A stretch of 64,000 bases of DNA from Promethearchaeota archaeon Loki_b32 (GCA_005223125.1 NJBH01000005.1:126780-190779), one strand, 5' to 3'; numbered from the stretch's first letter, positions 30,062 through 40,332 are shown. Made by a program: numbers and translations. Notes: generated from the sequence alone by a model not told the origin.

Positions 30062-30985
30062 TTAAGGATTATAATCAGGGTGTCTAACTCCGAGTTCCTC
30101 TAATAAAGGGATTAGGAAGTTGTTATAGAAGTTTTTTATATGTAATACTTTCCCCAAATAGAGATGTAAGAATTCTTGAATCTCGTATTTGATCTTATTA
30201 ATATCAATAAAATCATGTTCAGGTTTTATCTTTATCTTATCTAAATTTAAAGGAGCTAGTTGCTTCATTATTAAATATCGCATAAATTGTATAAAAGTGC
30301 TCTCAACCAAACTTTCTTCTTCTTCATTTAATTCATAAACCTCATGAGCAACTTTATTCCTTAAGTCTCCTACATCTTTGGTCAATATTTCAAGGTTCTT
30401 AGGGAGATTTAATTCCTCGATTTTTTGTACTACTGTTTTATTATTATGATCCTCGACTTGTGAATCCAGGTAATCAACTAAAGTTGAGAAAAAGTGTATT
30501 AAGAATTTGAACGAATCAATGGATTTGTCTTCTTTCCATTTGTTATAAGAACTTCCCCATTGGTTAAAATTTACTTCATCTAAAGCATTCTTAATGCTTA
30601 TTTTAATGCTATCCACTTTCTCTATAAAATAATCCGAATAATCCATGTACGGTTTCACACTTGGGTCAAACTGATATTTATATGTATTCCCAAATTCCTT
30701 AATTGCCCCCAATTTTTTTATTAGAGAGGGGTCTTCTATAATTTCTTTTCTCCCAATTTCTGCCGCAAATCTTAGCAAATATCCACACTCCGGACAATAT
30801 GTTACATATGACCCCCGGAATGATGTGAATGGTTTGAGCTCAAGCTGATGTTTACCATTTGGAAACTCTATAAGTTTTCCTTTAGTTTCCATTGGATCAA
30901 AGTGTGTCTTTTCATAATGAAACGATTCTGGGATAAATTTAGAAGTACAAACGGGACATTTAACATTCTCTCTTTTTTGTGTCAT
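30062..30985 (-). CDS. Zinc-finger + putative HEPN-domain protein
   Basis: CPVC...CPECG N-terminus; helical C-terminal domain with RNKVAH (Rx4H). Confidence 0.6.
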   Translation of the reverse strand: MTQKRENVKCPVCTSKFIPESFHYEKTHFDPMETKGKLIEFPNGKHQLELKPFTSFRGSYVTYCPECGYLLRFAAEIGRKEIIEDPSLIKKLGAIKEFGNTYKYQFDPSVKPYMDYSDYFIEKVDSIKISIKNALDEVNFNQWGSSYNKWKEDKSIDSFKFLIHFFSTLVDYLDSQVEDHNNKTVVQKIEELNLPKNLEILTKDVGDLRNKVAHEVYELNEEEESLVESTFIQFMRYLIMKQLAPLNLDKIKIKPEHDFIDINKIKYEIQEFLHLYLGKVLHIKNFYNNFLIPLLEELGVRHPDYNP

Positions 30986-31022
30986 GTTATTTCTCTATAT
31001 TATTTTTTTTCGATAAAACTCC

Positions 31023-31066
31023 AAGTTACAAAATAATAAAACCTTATATATTAGGTTTATTGAAAA
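31023..31066 (+). repeat. 44-bp direct repeat, copy 1 (copy 2 at 35950-35993)
   Basis: aagttacaaaataataaaaccttatatattaggtttattgaaaa; 3 mismatches to copy 2. Confidence 0.85.
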
Positions 31067-31144
31067 CATTCACCAAAAGAATTATTAAATATTATATTAT
31101 TTGAGAAATAGCTTACATTATTTTTATTAACATAAAAGAAAATA

Positions 31145-31417
31145 TCATAATATTATCTGATCATCAAGAATTTCGATCTGAAAGATTTTTCCATCAGTCC
31201 AAACTTCACAAGTTTTTTGATTTGTCCATAGATACGTGCCATCCCAGGTAATGACAATCGTCTCCTCTGAAACAGGATAAATTTTGCCTAATAAAGTACC
31301 ATTCACCGCCCATTTTGTGAGTTCTGTTTCAGAAGCAGCCCAAAAGTGACTTCCTGTCCATGTTAAGATACTAAAAATCGTCCCTCCACTAAGATTTATA
31401 CCATCATATCCCTTAGA
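31145..31417 (-). pseudogene. Startless C-terminal fragment of a beta-propeller protein
   Basis: Open frame ...LTWTGSHFW...ITWDGTYLW...KIFQIEILDDQIIL*, no start codon, begins at the antiporter stop. Confidence 0.6.
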
Positions 31418-31418
31418 A

Positions 31419-32441
31419 TTAAATTTGAAACATGGATATTTTCAATATTGTATAAACGCCATAAAAACTAATTAATAGTATTCCTTCCCATCTTTTTAAG
31501 GTTTTTTTACTCCATAAGAAATAGATCGCAATAAATAACGCCAAGAATAGAACAGGTATATCAAAAACCAGAATTATCCTCGGAACATTAAAATTAATTA
31601 TTATTGCTCCTGAGCCTGTAGCTAATAAAATATCGCATATATTGGAACCTAATATATCTCCTACCGCGATTCCAAATGATCCTCTCCTAATAGCGGTTAA
31701 GTCAGCAACTAGTTCCGGTAAACTTGTACCAAACCCAACTATTAAAATTCCAATTACATTTTCAGGAATATGAAATTCTCTTGATAAATCGTGTGATGAT
31801 AATAGTGTGATTTCTGCTGCGAATACTAATATAAAAAGACCTATTAAAAAAATACAAATATCTTTAAATGTTGATGAGGTTTTATGAGGACTCTCAATTG
31901 GTTCAAAAGCTACTGTATCTAAACGTTCTTTTTCAAGATAACTAGATTCTAATTTTTTATATTTTGTTAGACGTCTCTCACTCCAAATTACTAATAATAG
32001 ATAAATGATATATATTATTATCATTAAGAGTGCTTCAAATCGGGTAAGAATTCCATCAAGGGAGAAAAAAAGAAAAATCAATAAGGAAATAAAGAGCATA
32101 GGACCTTCCCTTCTCAATTCCCACTTACTGACGAAAATCGGTTGGCTTACTGCTAAAATTCCAAGGATTAAAGTAATTTGGGTCAAAAAAGAACCAATTT
32201 TATTTCCAATCACTATTCCATCAATGGTAGGATCAATACCAAGAAGCTTATCAAAACCACCCATTATACTGACTGCAATCTCTGGCAGACTAGTCCCAAT
32301 CGATAATATCGTCAGTCCTACCATTATATGACTAATATGAAAGCGATCTGCAATACTTTCAAGTCCAATTATCACAACTTTCGCGCCAAAAAATAACCCA
32401 ATAAACCCTAATATTAAAAAGAGAAGTGATAATAAGATCAT
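31419..32441 (-). CDS. Cation:Ca2+ antiporter (YrbG/CaCA family)
   Basis: Two alpha repeats GTSLPE...GN and GTSLPE...GSN. Confidence 0.92.
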   Translation of the reverse strand: MILLSLLFLILGFIGLFFGAKVVIIGLESIADRFHISHIMVGLTILSIGTSLPEIAVSIMGGFDKLLGIDPTIDGIVIGNKIGSFLTQITLILGILAVSQPIFVSKWELRREGPMLFISLLIFLFFSLDGILTRFEALLMIIIYIIYLLLVIWSERRLTKYKKLESSYLEKERLDTVAFEPIESPHKTSSTFKDICIFLIGLFILVFAAEITLLSSHDLSREFHIPENVIGILIVGFGTSLPELVADLTAIRRGSFGIAVGDILGSNICDILLATGSGAIIINFNVPRIILVFDIPVLFLALFIAIYFLWSKKTLKRWEGILLISFYGVYTILKISMFQI

Positions 32442-32593
32442 GGCTTGTTAATAAAATTGTTATCAAATTTAAACTTTTAAATTAAAGTGCTTTAATGAAA
32501 ATAATTGCAAAACTATAAATCAATAATGTTTTTTTGGATAAAATACTAATCCTATTTTATTGAAAAATCTTATAAAATAAAAGTGACTAGGGT

Positions 32594-33256
32594 ATGGATA
32601 AAAGAGGAAAGAGAATTATATATGTGAGCCAGTGTATACTTAATCAAAATTTAAGATTTCCAGGAATTGCAATAGAAAGTGGAGCTATCAGTGAACTTTT
32701 AATCCCTATTATGAAGAATGGCATAGGAATAGAATCAATGCCTTGTCTCGAGAGATTAGGATGGGGTGGAGTTCAAAGAACCACTTTTTTCAAATATTTT
32801 CCAATGATTTCTAAAAATATAGGCTCATTTAAGTTTCCGATAATAAAGTTTTTTCTAAGATCATGGTTGAAAAAATATAAGAACCTATGTAAGAAAGAAG
32901 CAAAAAAGATTATTCTTCAAATGCAAGATTATCATAATTCAGGATATACAATATTAGGAATTATCGCTACAAATGATAGTCCTACGTGTGGTTATACTCA
33001 AACAATTAACTTTCTTGAAATTATCTCAAAGTTTAAAGAATTAGATATAAAAGGTGAATTTGAAAACCCCACTCTAGAAAAAATGAAAATTATTATTCCC
33101 CGTCTATGCGAAAATGGATCTGGCTATTTTATGTCAGAAATGGCAAAACAAATAAAAAGGAGAGAACTTAAAGTAGATATTATTGGATTCAATATTTGGA
33201 ATAATCTAGCGGAAGAAATTGAAGTAGTATTAAATAAATTAAATCTTACCGTTTAA
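32594..33256 (+). CDS. DUF523 / TudS-related protein
   Basis: SQCILNQN, MPCLE, SPTCG, G.GYFM. Confidence 0.75.
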   Translation: MDKRGKRIIYVSQCILNQNLRFPGIAIESGAISELLIPIMKNGIGIESMPCLERLGWGGVQRTTFFKYFPMISKNIGSFKFPIIKFFLRSWLKKYKNLCKKEAKKIILQMQDYHNSGYTILGIIATNDSPTCGYTQTINFLEIISKFKELDIKGEFENPTLEKMKIIIPRLCENGSGYFMSEMAKQIKRRELKVDIIGFNIWNNLAEEIEVVLNKLNLTV

Positions 33257-33290
33257 TTATCAAAAATTCTTTATTTCTTCCCTAATCATT

Positions 33291-34037
33291 TTAATTACCT
33301 TTATTCTCTTCAAGATCTTCAGGAGGCCAACCTTTTAGGGTTTGGTATCCCTTAATGAATCTAAAGTCACACATATCGGCTCCTGCTGCTATCGTTTTTG
33401 TTCGTTTAAATCCAATACCAAGTGCTCTCATCCTAGCATAATCACATAAACAAGCATAAGGTGCGACTTCTACTGCATTTTCTTTTTCTACAAGTTTAAG
33501 CCAACCACATTCAGTAAAATTAAATCCGTAATCAAATGAGTTGCTATCACCTTTTACAAAAATACCAACCCAATTTCCAGGAAATCTATTCTTTTGGCTC
33601 TCTTCCATCCAATTTTCCCAATATTTCTTCATCTTATTGGAGAAAACTTTTTTTCGAAAAAGCCATTTTTTAAATGATGAGATTGATTGAGTATAGTTCT
33701 CAACAATTTTGTAAATTAATTTACCTAATTCCCTATCAGACAAGTCGAGGGATTTACATGCCTTATAAAAAGCAAGGGTTTCTGCTGATTGGATCATTAA
33801 TGATGTGAAAGGTGACTTATCACCTCCAACATATGGAAGTCTTGAAAGAAGGGTCTCAAGCTCGATATAAGCCTGTTTCGTAATATTTTCAACAACTTTG
33901 GTATTAAAATTTGGTGATACTATGTTTTTTGTAACTTTAACTAACGAATTGAATTGCTTAATAATTTTTTTTTTATTTTTTAAGTAATATTCTTCATTAA
34001 TTTCTATTTTTATACTTTCCTTATTCAAGTTTTTCAC
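33291..34037 (-). CDS. L-2-amino-thiazoline-4-carboxylate hydrolase family (V4R-like)
   Basis: FTECG, CLCDY, RTKTIAAGADMCDFRF. Confidence 0.8.
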   Translation of the reverse strand: MKNLNKESIKIEINEEYYLKNKKKIIKQFNSLVKVTKNIVSPNFNTKVVENITKQAYIELETLLSRLPYVGGDKSPFTSLMIQSAETLAFYKACKSLDLSDRELGKLIYKIVENYTQSISSFKKWLFRKKVFSNKMKKYWENWMEESQKNRFPGNWVGIFVKGDSNSFDYGFNFTECGWLKLVEKENAVEVAPYACLCDYARMRALGIGFKRTKTIAAGADMCDFRFIKGYQTLKGWPPEDLEENKGN

Positions 34038-34064
34038 ACTCGTACTATTAATTAGAAGTCTATT

Positions 34065-34802
34065 TTACTTATTTTGATATTGAGCTAAATTTGTTTTTAA
34101 CTTTGAAATATTAAAAGCTTTCCCGTGAGATGGATATATTATTATTCCTCCTAATTTTATATATTTTTCCCAGCTTTTAAATATCAAATTTATATCTTGA
34201 ACGTAAATTGGGCGTTTTTTAATTCCGAAAATGTTAAAATACCAAGCATTCATCGTATTATCTCCAGGATAAACAGAACCATCTTGTAGGATAACCGAAA
34301 TTCCGTCCTGTGAGTGTCCTGGGGTATATAATATTGTTCCATTTATCCCAATTTCCCTTAAAACCTCAGTCATTAGTCCAGAATCGGTAAGAATTATATC
34401 ATTCTCAGTTGGTATGATTGGTGGAAATATAAATTTATGAAATAGGCTAAATATTCCAACGATAAATTTAATTCTTCTGTTTATTGGTTTTGATTCTTCA
34501 TCAGGTTTACCAATTTTTAATCCTTCTAAAGATTGTTCGTTAATTATAAGCTTAGCTCCTGTATTTCTTCGTAATTCGTTAGCAAATCCTGAGTGATCAT
34601 CGTGATGGTGAGTTAATAATAAATATTTTATTTCTGATATATTAATATCATATTTTTTTTTTAATTTTTTCACAAATTTTTGATATGCACCTGTATATCC
34701 AACATCAATTAATAGATAACCATTATTACACTCCAATAGATAGCAATTTGTAAATCCAACTCTAATAAATTTATATCCTTTCTCTTTAATGTTAAACACC
34801 AA
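34065..34802 (-). CDS. Metallo-beta-lactamase fold hydrolase
   Basis: THHHDDH, TPGH, GD, PSHG. Confidence 0.9.
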   Translation of the reverse strand: MVFNIKEKGYKFIRVGFTNCYLLECNNGYLLIDVGYTGAYQKFVKKLKKKYDINISEIKYLLLTHHHDDHSGFANELRRNTGAKLIINEQSLEGLKIGKPDEESKPINRRIKFIVGIFSLFHKFIFPPIIPTENDIILTDSGLMTEVLREIGINGTILYTPGHSQDGISVILQDGSVYPGDNTMNAWYFNIFGIKKRPIYVQDINLIFKSWEKYIKLGGIIIYPSHGKAFNISKLKTNLAQYQNK

Positions 34803-34819
34803 TATTATTTCAATTGTTA

Positions 34820-35266
34820 TTATGTAAGTTTTTCTAAAATCATTTTCAAATTTTGTCCTTCTTCAATCATGTGCTGAATAATATTACATACTGTCTTCTT
34901 TGCAATTTTTGAAAGCAATTTTCCCATGCGGAAATCTAAAGTTGCAATAAAAATACTACCATTTTTCGAAGTTTCGATTTCAAAAGTACCACGAATCAGA
35001 ATGAGTTTTAAAGACCCGACAGTTTTAAAACGAAGTAACTTTTTTGGAGAAAGTTCTATCAATCTAGATTTCATTTTTAATAATTCTCCTTTAATACTTT
35101 CCTCGGAATATAAAATAGATCCGACTTTGTTAGGCTCACCTTTTTCCCAATAAGATTTTATGTGAGAAGGATGCCATTCACAATAATTTTCTGCGAAATG
35201 TAAGAGCCAATCCCATATAATTTCAGGAGGGACATTAATTTCGATAGATTCTTTAAGTGTTTTCAT
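34820..35266 (-). CDS. SRPBCC family protein
   Basis: SIEINVPPEIIWDW...WHP; C-terminal helix EEGQNLKMILE. Confidence 0.8.
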   Translation of the reverse strand: MKTLKESIEINVPPEIIWDWLLHFAENYCEWHPSHIKSYWEKGEPNKVGSILYSEESIKGELLKMKSRLIELSPKKLLRFKTVGSLKLILIRGTFEIETSKNGSIFIATLDFRMGKLLSKIAKKTVCNIIQHMIEEGQNLKMILEKLT

Positions 35267-35440
35267 TTTTTTTTTCAGCTTATTAAATTAATGTTAAAGG
35301 TGTTTAATTATTCTGATTAAATTTCATTAAATTTAGACATCATACAATAATAGAAACAAAATACATCAATATAAAGGATCCAGTGATTTTTTTTAAAGAT
35401 ACTTTCCTTTTTTACACTGCTTTTAATTCTAAAAGAAATC

Positions 35441-35878
35441 CTATTTTTTTCTAGAAATATCGGCTAAGTAATATATCAAGATTAAAGATAGTTCAACAAA
35501 ACCCTCACCTTTATTACTAAGTTCATAAAGAACTGATGGAGGTCGAGTATCTTGAACTGTTCGAGTGATTAATCCTAATTCTTGAAGCTGTTTTAAACAA
35601 TCAGACAAGGTTCTAGATGAAATTCTTTCCAAATGACGTGCGATATCATTAAAAGTCAATCCTTTGTGAATTTCTAGTTCATATAAAATTTCAACATTCC
35701 ACTTTTTAGTTACAAACTTAAATATCCCTAAAAAAAATCTTATTTCATCAATTTTCCTTTTATCATCATGGATTGTTTCATTAAAGTGCTTATCTAGTGC
35801 CTTTCTAATAATTGGTCTTGAATTTCTAATAATTTCTATAAAAGGTTGAAATTCATCGAATTTGAATAGCTCCATCAT
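35441..35878 (-). CDS. HxlR-family winged-helix regulator
   Basis: KWNVEIL, FNDI, ISSRTLSDCLKQL...GLITR...PPSVLYELS..G. Confidence 0.9.
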   Translation of the reverse strand: MMELFKFDEFQPFIEIIRNSRPIIRKALDKHFNETIHDDKRKIDEIRFFLGIFKFVTKKWNVEILYELEIHKGLTFNDIARHLERISSRTLSDCLKQLQELGLITRTVQDTRPPSVLYELSNKGEGFVELSLILIYYLADISRKK

Positions 35879-35949
35879 TTACACCTTATGTAGTTTTTAC
35901 CAAATTCTAAAAATTTATGTTTTTTAAGAATTTTTTATTATAAAGCGGT

Positions 35950-35993
35950 AAGTTACAAAATAATAAAAAGTCATATATTAGGTTTATTGAAAA
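35950..35993 (+). repeat. 44-bp direct repeat, copy 2
   Basis: aagttacaaaataataaaaagtcatatattaggtttattgaaaa. Confidence 0.85.
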
Positions 35994-36098
35994 AAATCAA
36001 AGAAAGTATATTAGCCAATTATAAATTTGAAAATCATTAATAATTACAATGGCTTATATTAAATCTAATTAGTAGTTGCTTCTATAAAAATAAAATAA

Positions 36099-37406
36099 TT
36101 GATTTATATGACAAAGTGGAGAGATATTTATTCTCAAAAAATTACCTCAAAAGAAGAGGCAATCTCTAATATAAAATCTGGAAACAGAGTAGTTTTTGGA
36201 CATGCTGCTGGAGAACCAATTGTATTAGTAGATGAACTTGTAAAACAAAAGGATCGATTGCAGAAGGTAGAAATTGTTCATATGGTACCTCTTAGAGAAT
36301 GTCAATATTGTTTGCCCGAAATGGAACAGAATTTCTATCATAATTCCTTATATGCTGGAGCAGGAACACGACAAGCAATACAAGAGGGGAGAGCTGATTA
36401 TACTCCAATATATTTTTCTGAAATTCCACGTCTTTTTAGAGATAATATATTACCATTAGATGTAGCTTTAATTCAGCTCTCACCACCAGATAATAATGGT
36501 TATATGAGTTTTGGTATATCCGTCGATTATACTATGCAAGCTGCCAAATCTGCAAAAATAGTGATTGCTGAAATAAATAACCAAATGCCTAGAACAAAAG
36601 GCGCTTATATTCACACTTCTGATATAGATTATATTGTTGAAACTGACAGATCGCTAATTGAAATACCTATTCCAAAAATTACTGAAACTGAAGAAAAAAT
36701 AGGACTTAATATTGCTTCATTAGTAACAGATCAGGCAAATCTTCAATTAGGTATTGGTGGAATACCTGATGCCGCATTAAAATTTCTCCAAGAAAAGAAA
36801 GATTTAGGAATTCATACTGAAATGTTCTCTGACGGAGTAGTTGACCTTTATGAAGGGGGAATTATCACAAATAAATATAATAATATAAATCCAAGTAAAT
36901 TTACAGCAACTTTCTTAATGGGAACAAAAATTCTTTACCAATTTGTCGATAATAATCCAGACGTTGAAATGCATCCTGTTGATTATACAAATAATATCAT
37001 GATTGCGGGAAAAGTTAACAATCTAATTTCAATTAATTCTGCTCTCCAAGTGGATTTGTTTGGTCAGGTAAGTGCAGATACTCTGGGTTATCAGCAATAT
37101 TCGGGGGTTGGAGGACAGGTGGATTTTGTTCGTGCTTCAAGTTTATCTCCTGGAGGTAAATCCATTATTGCACTTCCATCAACAAACAAAAATAAAACTT
37201 TAAGCCGTATAACTTCAAAATTAAAAGAAGGATCATGCATAACAACTTCACGAAATGATGTTCACTATATTGTTACAGAGTATGGGATTGCAAATTTACG
37301 TGGAAAGACAATTAGCCAGCGAGCAAAAGCTTTAATTAATATAGCCCATCCAAATTTTCGTGGAAAACTCGAGAAAGATTTCAATAAAATTTCTGGATCC
37401 CGATGA
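36099..37406 (+). CDS. Acetyl-CoA hydrolase/transferase (4-hydroxybutyrate CoA-transferase-like)
   Basis: QLGIGGIPDA, HTEMF, SGVGGQVDF, VTEYG, IAHPNFR. Confidence 0.92.
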   Translation: MIYMTKWRDIYSQKITSKEEAISNIKSGNRVVFGHAAGEPIVLVDELVKQKDRLQKVEIVHMVPLRECQYCLPEMEQNFYHNSLYAGAGTRQAIQEGRADYTPIYFSEIPRLFRDNILPLDVALIQLSPPDNNGYMSFGISVDYTMQAAKSAKIVIAEINNQMPRTKGAYIHTSDIDYIVETDRSLIEIPIPKITETEEKIGLNIASLVTDQANLQLGIGGIPDAALKFLQEKKDLGIHTEMFSDGVVDLYEGGIITNKYNNINPSKFTATFLMGTKILYQFVDNNPDVEMHPVDYTNNIMIAGKVNNLISINSALQVDLFGQVSADTLGYQQYSGVGGQVDFVRASSLSPGGKSIIALPSTNKNKTLSRITSKLKEGSCITTSRNDVHYIVTEYGIANLRGKTISQRAKALINIAHPNFRGKLEKDFNKISGSR

Positions 37407-37546
37407 ATGGCAATTTTATAATGATGAGATATTTTGCCATGCGAGATGACGAAGGAAAGTATGTAGGAACATTGGACGTTTCTCAAGAACTCTCCAGATT
37501 AAGATCTCTTGAAGGTGAACGGCGGCTTGTTCAATGGGGAGATTAA
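37391..37546 (+). pseudogene. C-terminal scar of a DUF438/PAS-domain protein
   Basis: FWIPMNGNFIMMRYFAMRDDEGKYVGTLDVSQELSRLRSLEGERRLVQWGD*, overlapping the CoA-transferase end in another frame. Confidence 0.65.
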
Positions 37547-37679
37547 AATACTTAAAAGATTAAGAAGTAAATTCAATATTTTCTCATTTACAGAAAATTT
37601 GAGCAGATTCTTCAAAAAGAAGATTAATTTAGTATTATTGTGCTTTATCATAATCAATAATAATATTTAGGAGATAACT

Positions 37680-37853
37680 TTGGTAAAGAAAAAAACTAAA
37701 AAGAAAAAAAAGAGAAATGAAAAATCCAATGGAGAGGACTCTGAAGTAAAGGAATATGGTGTAATTTTAACTAAAGAGGAGAAATATCGTCATCGTATTT
37801 ATCCACAAAAAGGGAAAATCCCTGAGGAAGATGAGGATTACAAAATCGTTTAA
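37680..37853 (+). CDS. 57-aa small protein with poly-Lys N-terminus
   Basis: TTG start after AGGAGA; MVKKKTKKKKKRNEKSNGEDSEVKEYGVILTKEEKYRHRIYPQKGKIPEEDEDYKIV. Confidence 0.5.
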   Translation: MVKKKTKKKKKRNEKSNGEDSEVKEYGVILTKEEKYRHRIYPQKGKIPEEDEDYKIV

Positions 37854-37898
37854 ATCTTAATGAAACTTTAAAGTCTATTAATAATTAAAATAAATATA

Positions 37899-38684
37899 AT
37901 GCCAGAACTTCCAGAAGTGGAGACGTACAAACGGTATCTAGATGGTACATCATTAAACCAAATTATTATATCAGTTAAAGTAATAGATAATAGAGTTTTA
38001 AATATTGATGAATCTTACCTGAGGAAATTTGTCATAGGTAATAAATTTAAATCATCCATCCGACATGGTAAATATCTTCTAGTGAATCTTGAACAAGATT
38101 ATCTAATTATGCACTTCGGTATGACTGGAGATTTAAAATATTATAACAAGAAAGGTGATGAGCCAAAATTCAGTAAGGTTATATTCCATTTTGAAAATGA
38201 TTTTAATTTAACCTATACTTCTCGAAGGATGTTTGGAAGAATAGATATTGCTGAATCGATTGAGGATTTTATTGAAAAGAAGAATTTAGGACCAGATGCT
38301 TATAAAATGAGTCTCGAAGAATTTAAGGGAGCTCTGAAAAGAAGAAGTGGGATTGCTAAAAATCTATTATTAAATCAAAGTTTTGTTGCGGGTATCGGTA
38401 ATATTTATTCAGATGAGATTTTGTTCAAGACAAAGTTATATCCTAAAACTAAAATAGACACCTTGGATGAAAGTAAAATTCATGAGCTTTTTACTAATAT
38501 TAAAGAAGTGCTACAAGTGGGTATCGAAAGGAAAGGCGATCTAAGTAATTATCCTAACCACTTTCTAATTCCTCATCGTAAAAAAGATGAACATTGTCCA
38601 ATTTGTAATACTGGAATCGAACGTAATGAAATCTCGGGAAGGCATGGTTTTTATTGTCCTAATTGTCAGAAAAAATCCCCTTAA
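37899..38684 (+). CDS. mutM: Fpg/Nei family DNA glycosylase
   Basis: MPELPEVE, RHGKY, HFGMTG, H2TH GIGNIY, CPIC...CPNC zinc finger. Confidence 0.92.
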   Translation: MPELPEVETYKRYLDGTSLNQIIISVKVIDNRVLNIDESYLRKFVIGNKFKSSIRHGKYLLVNLEQDYLIMHFGMTGDLKYYNKKGDEPKFSKVIFHFENDFNLTYTSRRMFGRIDIAESIEDFIEKKNLGPDAYKMSLEEFKGALKRRSGIAKNLLLNQSFVAGIGNIYSDEILFKTKLYPKTKIDTLDESKIHELFTNIKEVLQVGIERKGDLSNYPNHFLIPHRKKDEHCPICNTGIERNEISGRHGFYCPNCQKKSP

Positions 38685-38757
38685 ATTAACATAGCACCCA
38701 ATTTAGATTAGGTTAAGATCCTCCAAAGATCTACTGTAATGATTAATAGAAAAAAAA

Positions 38758-39348
38758 TTAGGGAATTGTTATAATTTTAAAGAAATCTAAGCAAATTAGA
38801 ACAAGAAAGACAATTTGGATTGAAAATTGCATCAAAGACCCAGATGAAAAAAAACCCACCTCTTTTTCAATACCTACAAATTTAGATATCCAATATAGAA
38901 TGAATAGAATAAAAGGAAGAAGTAAAATAACAACATGGTACCCTGCAAGACTAATTAAATATTTATAACTGATAACCCAAAATGCGATCATAGTAAAAAG
39001 TAGCACTGTAACGTGCATGATACGAGCCCATTTTGTAATTTGGAACATTTCTCGAGTATATTTTTCTAAAACCTTTTCTTCCGTCCCCTTCACTTTTATG
39101 CGCGAAACTAGGTATTCAGCCCTCATTACTTGGTGCATAACATTAATAAAAGCCACAAATGAAATCATCATTAAAAAAGTGATTGTGACAATCCCTCCCT
39201 CAGAAGGCGGGTGATCCCAAGAAAGAGTGACTACCACGAGATCTGCACCAAGCAAAGCAGTAGCAGAAGCAAGTACAGCACTAGATGCACCAGAACTTCG
39301 TATCATAACATCAGTAGTATCTTTATATGGTTTTTCACTCACAATCAT
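38758..39348 (-). CDS. Multi-pass membrane protein
   Basis: About 5 hydrophobic helices; AGGTGA SD. Confidence 0.7.
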   Translation of the reverse strand: MIVSEKPYKDTTDVMIRSSGASSAVLASATALLGADLVVVTLSWDHPPSEGGIVTITFLMMISFVAFINVMHQVMRAEYLVSRIKVKGTEEKVLEKYTREMFQITKWARIMHVTVLLFTMIAFWVISYKYLISLAGYHVVILLLPFILFILYWISKFVGIEKEVGFFSSGSLMQFSIQIVFLVLICLDFFKIITIP

Positions 39349-39723
39349 TCACCTCTTTTTAGAGTTTTTATTTTTATTTTTTTATAAATAAACTTTAGTT
39401 GCTATAATATATAAAATTTGGATGTGGATCCCTATTATTGATACAATTTTGGTTTTAATAATTAATACAAGATATTTCTTTCAATATAAGTAGCTATATC
39501 TCTTTAATCAAGAAGAAAGTTAAAAAATTTATTCTTAAGACATTTAACTTAAATATTTTATTCTATTATAAATTGTTTTCCAAGTGTTTAATTCAAGGAA
39601 ACCCTCATCAATGTTTACTTCAATATTTCAAAATCATTATAAATGGTAAAGTTAAAATTAAAAATCACTTTTTAAAGAATATTATATCTAATCCATCTAT
39701 TATAAGCCTAAAACGAGAAAATT

Positions 39724-40332
39724 ATGATAATATTTCAGATTTTAGCTATTTGCGGAATGCTTAGTCCAATCGTATATACTGCGATGTGGATTTATTGTGG
39801 CAGTTTAGATTCGGATTACAGTCATATTCGAGTTGATATAAGTTCGCTGTTTGCAGTTGACGCTCCTAACAAACGATTAGCGCAATCATTCATTATATTA
39901 TCTAGCGTTTTATTGTTTGTATTTTATATTGGATTACATGAGGGTATAAACGATGGAGGAGGTTCAATTGTAGGACCTATATTATTTTTGATTAGTTCAA
40001 TTTTAGGAATACTCGTTGCTTTCTTTTTCCCTCTTGATACGGGGGGTGAAATAAAAACTCTCAGGGGAAAAATGCACATAATCCTTGTCGCGGCATCAGG
40101 AATATTAATTATTGCGGGGATGATGGCATTATGGTTAAGATTGCAGCTAATATCTGTATGGAGTGCCTTTGCAATATATTCACTCATTTCAGCCATAGTT
40201 TCATTAATTCTTATAATTATCTCAGGTATTTTCGCCACAAGTAATTACAGGGGTTTACTCGAAAGAATCGGGGTCAGTCCCTATCAACTCTACTACTTTG
40301 TTCTTAGTCTGATGATATTTCTGAATAATTAA
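39724..40332 (+). CDS. DUF998 family membrane protein
   Basis: YSH..ISSL, FPLD, MH, GLLER. Confidence 0.8.
   Translation: MIIFQILAICGMLSPIVYTAMWIYCGSLDSDYSHIRVDISSLFAVDAPNKRLAQSFIILSSVLLFVFYIGLHEGINDGGGSIVGPILFLISSILGILVAFFFPLDTGGEIKTLRGKMHIILVAASGILIIAGMMALWLRLQLISVWSAFAIYSLISAIVSLILIIISGIFATSNYRGLLERIGVSPYQLYYFVLSLMIFLNN

Noticed and set aside
39573-39764. 63-aa ORF before DUF998
   Set aside because: Low-complexity AT-rich frame overlapping the next gene's start
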